The notes beneath the pieces were generated by a model. The model ran no database searches, was not told where the DNA came from, and worked only from the letters and a program-made list of their open reading frames with translations. Below are positions 56,914 to 64,000 of a DNA stretch of 64,000 nt, piece after piece. Position numbers and translations under genes: made by a program. This stretch comes from Bdellovibrionales bacterium. GTDB lineage: Bacteria > Bdellovibrionota > Bdellovibrionia > Bdellovibrionales > CAYMLA01. The stretch spans positions 1,664,001 to 1,728,000 of the forward strand of contig OZ244239.1 in NCBI GenBank assembly GCA_965217115.1, in the 5' to 3' direction. Positions within the stretch are counted from its first letter, which is position 1. Each line of letters begins with the position of its first letter.

Positions 56914-58485
56914 ATGTTAAAAAAACCATGTTTTGGGGTGTTTTTTGTAGGGATGTTTTTTTTATTTGGCTGTGCCACATTGAATAATAAAAAGTCGTCT
57001 CATAACAATGATCCCATTCAAGCAGACCGTGGACTGGCAGGAGAAAAAGATGCCAGCGTGGTTGAGTCCCATGGTGATGTGACTCTTCTCTACATAGGCG
57101 TTAGTAGGATATTTATTAAACAGTGTGTGAAAGAAACTATTTTAAAAGAGAATCTTTATAAAAAGAGAGATTGTCATCAAAAGGCGGGGACAGAGATTAG
57201 AGAGATCTCCGTGGATGAGTTTAAAGAAGATTTGAAAAGAATCCTACGCATGCCCGAGACTCTCTCGAAGACTGATTTTGACGGAAACACAAAGAAGAAG
57301 GTTGCATTATATAGGAGAGGAGAGCAGAGCAGAGTTGTCAATTTAAGACGTGAAAAATTGAGAATAGAAAATACTATTGCGAGAACGAATGCGTTTAAGG
57401 CTTATTATAGTGCTAAAAACAATTCGAAAAAGAAAAAAAAACAAAAAGAGCAAAAAGAACGTGAAGCTCGGGTGAAGAAAATTGAATCCATCTTAAAAGA
57501 GAGTCAGAGCCTTCTAGCCGTTAGAGTCGAGGTGAATAATTTAATAGACGCTATTGTCAATGATGTGCTTTCCCATGGTCAGTTGAAGCAATTTGTTTTT
57601 TTTAAAAACCAGACAAGGTTTGAATTTAATCTTCTAAAAAGTTATTTGCGAGGGTCAGGAGATTTACAAGCCTACTTTGTTCCAATCAAGGCGGGGATAT
57701 TTATGATGGGAACCCCAGAAGGGGAATATGGTCGTAGTGATGATGAAACTTTACACGAAGTGAAGACTCTCACGAAGGATTTTGAAATACAGGCAACTGA
57801 GGTGACACAGCGGCAGTGGTTCCGTGTTATGGGCGATAACCCGTCAAAGTTTAAGCCGTCCAAGGGCACTGATTCTACGGAGTTCACTGATTCTACAGAG
57901 CTCACTGATTCTACAGCTGAGCGCGACTACTGTCCAGAGACTGCTATTATTGAGGAGAGTTACACGATGTGCCCAGATCACCCTGTGGAGATGGTTTCTT
58001 GGAATGATGTGCAGAGCTTTATTCGAAAACTAAACAGGTCCAGTGAGACTTATAGTTACAGATTACCCACAGAAGAGGAGTGGGAGTACGTCGCTCGTGC
58101 TGGGGAATCAACTCCTTTTAATTTAGGAGAGAAGATCTCTACAGATAGGGTGAATTACAATGGGTACTTTCCCTATACGAATGGAGCTATAGAGAAGTAT
58201 AGGGGGCAAACAGTCGCTGTAGGTAGTCTCGACAATGCTAACCATTGGGGACTGTTTGATACCCATGGAAATGTTTCGGAGTGGGTGCAGGACATCCATG
58301 GTGACTACCCACAGGGTTCAGTGGAAAACTCTGATGGCGCTTCTGCTGATAGCAATAGCCGTGTTTTGCGTGGTGGTAGCTGGTACAGCGGGGCTCAATA
58401 CGTGCGATCGGGGGCTCGTGACAGCCTTGATTCTAAACATTCTGGCAGTCATATTGGTTTCCGCCTTGTAAGAACTGCTAAATAG
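56914..58485 (+). CDS. Lipoprotein with C-terminal FGE/SUMF1 (C-type lectin fold) domain
   Basis: Lipobox LFGC; FMMG, TEVTQRQW, HPVEMVSWND, RLPTEEEWEY, GLFDTHGNVSEW, RVLRGGSW...IGFRLV. Confidence 0.9.
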   Translation: MLKKPCFGVFFVGMFFLFGCATLNNKKSSHNNDPIQADRGLAGEKDASVVESHGDVTLLYIGVSRIFIKQCVKETILKENLYKKRDCHQKAGTEIREISVDEFKEDLKRILRMPETLSKTDFDGNTKKKVALYRRGEQSRVVNLRREKLRIENTIARTNAFKAYYSAKNNSKKKKKQKEQKEREARVKKIESILKESQSLLAVRVEVNNLIDAIVNDVLSHGQLKQFVFFKNQTRFEFNLLKSYLRGSGDLQAYFVPIKAGIFMMGTPEGEYGRSDDETLHEVKTLTKDFEIQATEVTQRQWFRVMGDNPSKFKPSKGTDSTEFTDSTELTDSTAERDYCPETAIIEESYTMCPDHPVEMVSWNDVQSFIRKLNRSSETYSYRLPTEEEWEYVARAGESTPFNLGEKISTDRVNYNGYFPYTNGAIEKYRGQTVAVGSLDNANHWGLFDTHGNVSEWVQDIHGDYPQGSVENSDGASADSNSRVLRGGSWYSGAQYVRSGARDSLDSKHSGSHIGFRLVRTAK

Positions 58486-58561
58486 GGTTGTCACTGTGTT
58501 TTTTACCCTTGCCCCTTAGAAGGGGGCATCTACTTTGAATGCGTCAGTTTTATTTTTAGAA

Positions 58562-59305
58562 TCAAAAATCTTGGGTGAGGGCCGAGGTGATTTTTTGATC
58601 TAAGTCAGAACAAATAAGCTCCATGTACAATTGGTTTAAGTCTCTGGTCTCATCTTTGAATTCCATATTACAATAAACAGACTTTGTCCCATGGAGAATG
58701 AGCAATGCATCACATAGTTCAGACATTACGGCTGGTTCATGGGATGAGATAATAAATGTTTGTCCTTGTTTAGACGCAGATAAAATCATCTTCTTTAAGG
58801 TGATAACTGATGGGACATCTAAACCTATTGTTGGTTCATCGAGTATCATTAAGTCAGGCTTTACAAGAAATCCTAGTGCTAAGATGATTTTTCTTTTCAT
58901 ACCAAAAGAATAGGTGATCATTAGATCATTTGCTTGGTCTTCTTCTATTCCAAAAAGATCTAGCACCTTAAAAATACGATCATTAGTGGGTAGGGCTCTG
59001 TTCTTTATTTGTAGGACAAAGTAAATATATTCAAGCCCTGTTAAGTAGTTGTATGAATGAGGAGAGTCGTTCACAAAGTATAAATTATTATAATTAATAA
59101 CCTTGTTTTCCCTGATAAGTCTCTGGGATAGGAGTATTTGTCCTTCGTAGTCATTTTTTTGAAGAATAGACTCAATGAGAGTTGTCTTTCCAGAGCCATT
59201 TTTACCCATAACTCCAAAAACAGAGCCTTCCTCTACTTGAAAAGAAATATTTGATAAAATTATTTTAGAGCTATATTTTTTTGTAAGATTTTTAACTGAG
59301 ATCAT
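58562..59305 (-). CDS. ABC transporter ATP-binding protein
   Basis: GKNGSGKT, YSFGM signature, LDEPT, SSH. Confidence 0.92.
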   Translation of the reverse strand: MISVKNLTKKYSSKIILSNISFQVEEGSVFGVMGKNGSGKTTLIESILQKNDYEGQILLSQRLIRENKVINYNNLYFVNDSPHSYNYLTGLEYIYFVLQIKNRALPTNDRIFKVLDLFGIEEDQANDLMITYSFGMKRKIILALGFLVKPDLMILDEPTIGLDVPSVITLKKMILSASKQGQTFIISSHEPAVMSELCDALLILHGTKSVYCNMEFKDETRDLNQLYMELICSDLDQKITSALTQDF

Positions 59306-60350
59306 TTTTAAAATCCTTAAAAGCGAGTATTATAATTATTGGAATTAACAGAGGAAGTCCAATTGAAATTCCAATAACCATTGCCCGTGTAAGTTTTTTA
59401 CCAATAAAATACATCTTAACTAGTAATATATAAGTAAGAAGCATTATTAAAACAGGCATAAAAGACAATGAAATCTCTAAAAGGTTGAATCCAAGTATTT
59501 TTAGAGAGAAAAACGTTATCAGCCATTGGAGGAATATTATGAAAGACCAAAAAGTAAAGTCTGCTATGAATGAATTGAATTTCGAGAAAGAGGTGTAATC
59601 CTTTAGTCGGTCATATATTTCAGAGTTAGAATTGAATGCTTGTAGAACTGGAAAGGCGAAGGGGACAGTAAACAGCCAGATATTCTCTTTTTGATTATTA
59701 ACCAAATATGCCACGATACATAAGTTGAATATAAAGACATTAAATATTAGATAATAAAGAGAGTGACCTTTTCTGAGAATATATAAAAAATTGAGGCAAA
59801 TTATGGAGTAGGTTTTTTTAAACCATGGAGGACCTATTTTTTTGATAAGCCACTCTCCCTTGAGCAGAGGTTTTCTAGCTATTTTTCTCTTACTCTTGAA
59901 TAAGAAAACCGTTGAGAACATAGAGACAGGTATCAGTGCAAAAAGAGAAACAACTAAGAGGGTTGGAGAAATCATGTTCTTAAATAAAAAAATGCTGGAA
60001 AGAATAAAACTGCTTGTTACAAGTACTGCGTAGATTTGTATAGTTCTCAGAAGAAAAAACATTTGTTTTGAAGTGATCTCTTTCACAAAGCTTTCGTCAA
60101 AATTAAGACCCTTTGCTATTGTCCCCATGAAAAGAGATGGAATAAATATGACTATAAAGATAATGATTTTTTGTGGGTCATCATATTTGTCGGTGAGGGA
60201 GAGAATTTCTTTTGATAAAATAATTGATAGGCCAATCGTGAGCAGCAAGAAAAAAGAGACACTTAAAAAATGAAAAGAAAGGAAGTTTTTTATCATTTTG
60301 AAGTAAATAACTCTAAAAGAGTTTAAAAAATTTAATCTAGATACAGGCAT
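59292..60350 (-). CDS. Putative ABC transporter permease
   Basis: Multiple TM segments; overlaps the start of the ABC ATPase. Confidence 0.7.
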   Translation of the reverse strand: MPVSRLNFLNSFRVIYFKMIKNFLSFHFLSVSFFLLLTIGLSIILSKEILSLTDKYDDPQKIIIFIVIFIPSLFMGTIAKGLNFDESFVKEITSKQMFFLLRTIQIYAVLVTSSFILSSIFLFKNMISPTLLVVSLFALIPVSMFSTVFLFKSKRKIARKPLLKGEWLIKKIGPPWFKKTYSIICLNFLYILRKGHSLYYLIFNVFIFNLCIVAYLVNNQKENIWLFTVPFAFPVLQAFNSNSEIYDRLKDYTSFSKFNSFIADFTFWSFIIFLQWLITFFSLKILGFNLLEISLSFMPVLIMLLTYILLVKMYFIGKKLTRAMVIGISIGLPLLIPIIIILAFKDFKNDLS

Positions 60351-60480
60351 CTGTTCTTTGATTTCCCCATAGAAAATTTAATTTTCGAGAAGTTAACATT
60401 ATTTTCTTCTTCTGAGCACTTTTTTTTTGGAATTAGACAGTATCGAGGGGCAATCGGAGTGCTGCTAGCTCTTTAGAGAG

Positions 60481-62202
60481 TCACAAGCCTCTGGCCAAGC
60501 CCTCTCCTCGTGGGTCTGAGACCCCGTGGAGTTTTCCCTGTTCAACAGAGATAGCTTGGATTTTGCACCCAAGGTTTTTTCTCTGGAGGGTGTGGCCTTT
60601 GGACTTAAGTGCTCGTTTTGTCTCTTTAGAAAAGCCGGGAGAGCCTATTCGAATGTAGTCGGGACTCCATTGGTGGTGATAGCGAGTGGCGGAAACGGCA
60701 TCCCAGAGGGTGAGTTCATGCTCTAGGTAATTGAGCACAACCTGCGCGACACAGGTAAGTATTCTTGTGCCAGATGGAGTTCCAAGGGCGAGGACAACCT
60801 GCCCTTTCTTTTTAATGATAGTCGGAGACATACTACTGAGAGGTCGCTTGCCTGGAGCGACTAAATTATTTTTACTGCCAACAGCTCCAAAGAGATTGCT
60901 GTCACCAGGTTTTTTGGAGAAATCATCCATCTCATCGTTCATAATAATGCCTGTTCCAGGAACAACAACTCCTGAGCCCATCCAATAGTTAATCGTCTGG
61001 GTTGAGCTGATAATGTTTCCCTCTCTGTCCATAACAGTGAAGTGGGTCGTCTCATCGGATTCGTACTTAAAGGCATTGACGAGATCTTTTGTTTTGATTT
61101 GTAGGGCTCTAGGGGTGATTTTCTCCCTTAGAATTTTCCCATAAGATTTAGATGTAAGCCCCTTGACGGGAACTTTGACAAAATCGCTATCCCCCATGTA
61201 CTTGGCTCGATCGACAAAAGCCAACTGCATGGCTGTGGCTGTTTTATGAATGGTCTCCGGAGATTGTACCCCCTTGGATTTTAAGTCCCATGGCTCTAGA
61301 ATATTAAGTATCTGAACAATATGTGTGCCTCCCGAGCTAGGTGGTGGCATAGAGAAAACATCGTAGTTCTTGTAGGTTCCGTGTATTGGTTTTCTCCACT
61401 TCACATGGTACTTATTGAGATCATCTTGAGTGATAAGCCCACCAAGTCTTTTGAATTCTTTAACAATAGCTTGGGCGACAAACCCCTTGTAAAAGCCACT
61501 CGCCCCACGCTGTCTTATAGCTCTGAGTGTTTTTCCAAGATCTCTCTGGATAAGCAGATCCCCTTCTCTGAGGGGCGCCCTATCTTTGAAGAATATTTTC
61601 TTCGTGGCGGGATATTGTTTTAGAACATCTTTACGAAATTCAAGGGCTTTGGCGAGGTGGGGGTAGACACGGAACCCTCTTTCCGCCAATTCAATGGCAG
61701 GCGTGATGACTTGCCTTCTTGAGAGCTTGCCGTATCTCTTGTGCATTTCAAGAATGCCCTTAACAGTGCCAGGAGTTCCACTGGCTAAGATTCCATCTAT
61801 GGGCATCTTGTTGATAGGAGTTCCTCTCTTATCAAGATACATATCGCTTCTAGCAAGAAAAGGGGCTCGCTCCCTAAAATCCAGAGCCTTTGGGCTCTTA
61901 AATGAAGGACTATCAATAAGCATAAATCCACCTCCGCCAAGGCCCGTTGACTGTGGCCTTTCCACGGAGATGGCAAAGGAGATGGCGGCAGCGGCATCAA
62001 AGGCATTGCCTCCAAGTCTGATCATCTTCAAACCAGCTTCGGTGGAGTGAACTCCTTGTGTAGCGATCATGACTTTTTGGCTGAATGATTCGTGCTGCTC
62101 TCGTGTGTGCCCAGGCAGAAGAGAGGTTTTGTAGACCTGATTAACCGAACACGATAGAGCCAAAGGGGTGAGTAGAGCTATTTTAATAAGATTTTTTTCC
62201 AT
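60481..62202 (-). CDS. ggt: Gamma-glutamyltransferase
   Basis: GGNAFDAA, GLGGGGF, DFRERAP, PPPSSGG, ETTHF, GKRPLSSMSP, SDPRG. Confidence 0.95.
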   Translation of the reverse strand: MEKNLIKIALLTPLALSCSVNQVYKTSLLPGHTREQHESFSQKVMIATQGVHSTEAGLKMIRLGGNAFDAAAAISFAISVERPQSTGLGGGGFMLIDSPSFKSPKALDFRERAPFLARSDMYLDKRGTPINKMPIDGILASGTPGTVKGILEMHKRYGKLSRRQVITPAIELAERGFRVYPHLAKALEFRKDVLKQYPATKKIFFKDRAPLREGDLLIQRDLGKTLRAIRQRGASGFYKGFVAQAIVKEFKRLGGLITQDDLNKYHVKWRKPIHGTYKNYDVFSMPPPSSGGTHIVQILNILEPWDLKSKGVQSPETIHKTATAMQLAFVDRAKYMGDSDFVKVPVKGLTSKSYGKILREKITPRALQIKTKDLVNAFKYESDETTHFTVMDREGNIISSTQTINYWMGSGVVVPGTGIIMNDEMDDFSKKPGDSNLFGAVGSKNNLVAPGKRPLSSMSPTIIKKKGQVVLALGTPSGTRILTCVAQVVLNYLEHELTLWDAVSATRYHHQWSPDYIRIGSPGFSKETKRALKSKGHTLQRKNLGCKIQAISVEQGKLHGVSDPRGEGLARGL

Positions 62203-62630
62203 GGGACCTTCTTGTTTTTTTATCGTGTGCTTATGCTCTGGTAACCTACCTGATCTCTGAGTGATTGTAACGAAATTAAATGTCCTTTTTATTATGAGTC
62301 AATACGGGCCCTCTGGAGGTTCTAGAGATTAAAACCGCTAGATTTGGAGAGAGTTCTTCCGTGGGCCTTGAGAGTTGAGAAAGCTTTACGAATTCTCCAT
62401 ATCAATGGTAACAATATATTCAGTGTTGAAATTGATGACACTAAAAAGCATCATGACTTGGTGTTATTTCCTAACAGGGCATCTTTAAAGTGCATCGTGG
62501 AAGAGATAAATTTACTGTAATGACAGAAGCAATTCTCTCTAAGTTATAAAAAACAGTTAAAACAGATTTTCTCTAGACTTTTCTTTTCTTTTTGGTATGT
62601 TTCTACCTGTTATCTTTAGTAGGAGGAAAA

Positions 62631-63641
62631 ATGAAGTCGTTTTTAATTATTGTGTTGTCATTTTCTTTTATTTCATCTTATGCGCAAGATGTTGTAGAGG
62701 GTCTGGAACAATTAAAAACTCAAACTGTAAAGAGCGGAATTTCAATTCAGTATTTATTCACGAAAAGAAATTTGAGTGAGACAGAATTTATGGAGTCCTA
62801 TCGAAAAGAGAGAATTGCTTCTGATAATGTGTATATTTCACCTAACAAAATAGACTTTGATCTCCATACTTTTGGAATTCGTTATGAACCTAATGATGTC
62901 TGTGGATATGAGCTTGCTGTGAGTTACATGACGAGTCGAGTGAATCTAACAGGGCAGCTAGTGACAGGGACCTATACGCCTGAAGGAGAGCCGGATTCGG
63001 TTAAAATTCCTATTTTTGGAAAAGTTGACAAGCCTGTTGGCTCAGAAGGAGTGGGTGATACGAGAATTGGTGCGAGGTGCAAGGTTTACAGGAGAGGAGA
63101 CCACGCTGTAATGACAAGCGTTCATTTAAATATTCCAACGGGATCAGTTAAAGAGCAGGAAGATGGTTATGTTTTTCCCTACGCGGGTCAACTTGGCTCT
63201 GGAACCTATGATCTTCTCCCTGAGCTTAAATACAATTATCGAAAAACGGGTTTTGTGGCTGGTGCGAAATTAGCCTACACCTTGAGAACTGGAAAAGGCG
63301 AAAGTGATTACAGAATGGGTGATCAGATATTCTTCGATTCTTTTGTTGGGTATGATTATAAGAGAAAGGCTGGGGTTTTTCTTAGGGGTCGTGTTCGTGA
63401 TTGGGGAGCTTCATCAGACCCTCGTTATGATGTTGAGAATCCAAAAATAGACGATCCCTATGTACAGAGAGGTCGTCGTTGGGAGATTTCTTCTACAGTG
63501 AGAACAGGTTTTCCTCTTCCTTGGAATTTAGGAGCGGTCATTATAGAGGGCGGAGTGCCTGTTTACCAAGATCAAAAGTCTGGAGAAGTTCAGCTTGAAA
63601 CAGCTTGGTATTTGACTTCAAGGGTTGTCACCCGGTTTTAA
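62631..63641 (+). CDS. Putative outer-membrane beta-barrel ('transporter'/MetA-pathway-like) protein
   Basis: AGGAGG RBS, signal peptide, G.GD..., IPTGS, QLGSGTYD, C-terminal Phe. Confidence 0.7.
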   Translation: MKSFLIIVLSFSFISSYAQDVVEGLEQLKTQTVKSGISIQYLFTKRNLSETEFMESYRKERIASDNVYISPNKIDFDLHTFGIRYEPNDVCGYELAVSYMTSRVNLTGQLVTGTYTPEGEPDSVKIPIFGKVDKPVGSEGVGDTRIGARCKVYRRGDHAVMTSVHLNIPTGSVKEQEDGYVFPYAGQLGSGTYDLLPELKYNYRKTGFVAGAKLAYTLRTGKGESDYRMGDQIFFDSFVGYDYKRKAGVFLRGRVRDWGASSDPRYDVENPKIDDPYVQRGRRWEISSTVRTGFPLPWNLGAVIIEGGVPVYQDQKSGEVQLETAWYLTSRVVTRF

Positions 63642-63848
63642 ATTTCTTAGCCCCTTGGATTCGTGGGCGTCTTCTAGATAAAAGCCTTGTTTTGAGTGGA
63701 GTGGGCTTTAGGGGTAAATCCTTATAAAGTACTGAAATTTCTGATAAAATCCAAAAACAAGATTCCATGGGCGGAGCCTTTATCTTGTTCTTAATGCGTC
63801 TGTGCATTATTCTTTTAAGACAAGATGAATGGAGGGAGAGTAGTTCTC

Positions 63849-64000
63849 ATGCGGTTAGTATTTATTCTTAGTTGTAGCTGGTTATTACTTTCTTGTGCCA
63901 ATCACGGCATTGCTAGAAAGGGTGTTATTAAAAATAGCATGACAGGGCCTAAAAATCTTCTTGAAAAGAAATTTTATTCCCAAAGAAAGGTGAGAGCATT
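63849..64000 (+). CDS. Lipoprotein (partial, runs off window end)
   Basis: MRLVFILSCSWLLLSCANHG... lipobox, open to the window end, GGAG RBS. Confidence 0.6.
   Translation, partial: MRLVFILSCSWLLLSCANHGIARKGVIKNSMTGPKNLLEKKFYSQRKVRA

Noticed and set aside
56884..58560. Complete DGR locus
   Set aside because: No reverse transcriptase, Avd or AAY-rich template repeat in the window; kept only as a possible remote target.
45469..64000. attR copy of the tRNA-Gln 3' end / intact prophage
   Set aside because: No duplicate of the tRNA end was found by eye, and there are no phage structural or integrase genes.

Overview
AT-rich bacterial chromosome segment. Its gene content (GYF+PilZ protein, MIDAS/vWA lipoprotein, split nuo cluster, Tad genes, spoVG, TIGR02147-type protein, many secreted hypotheticals) points to a Bdellovibrionota / Bdellovibrio-like organism; this placement is inference. 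Positions ~1.4-45.5 kb are mostly core genes: nuoB-CD-E-F-G-I, mgtE, recO, gmhB, xerC, a sigma54 activator, cpaF/cpaC, a membrane PPase, lpxD, glpK, radA, slt, ychF-pth-rplY-prs, rdgB-rph-amidase, spoVG and tRNA-Gln. Downstream of tRNA-Gln (~45.5-60 kb) is an accessory region with a DUF4258/Zn-finger-HTH toxin-antitoxin pair, an M64 peptidase, paralogous secreted proteins, an FGE/SUMF1 protein and an ABC exporter. The most striking signals are non-coding. (1) A MITE with ISL3-like ends and 8-bp target duplications occurs twice; it carries a ~150-nt hairpin with compensatory base changes, and the same internal-loop motif recurs in an unrelated hairpin at 1.2 kb. (2) A ~110-bp sigma54-type promoter module is shared by two distant secreted hydrolase genes. 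(3) A sigma54 promoter is followed directly by a terminator, defining a ~55-nt C-rich sRNA candidate. (4) The 52-56 kb region is built from reused intergenic modules, including a 3-copy conserved RNA/terminator element. All calls were made by eye from sequence motifs; no database searches or folding programs were run.
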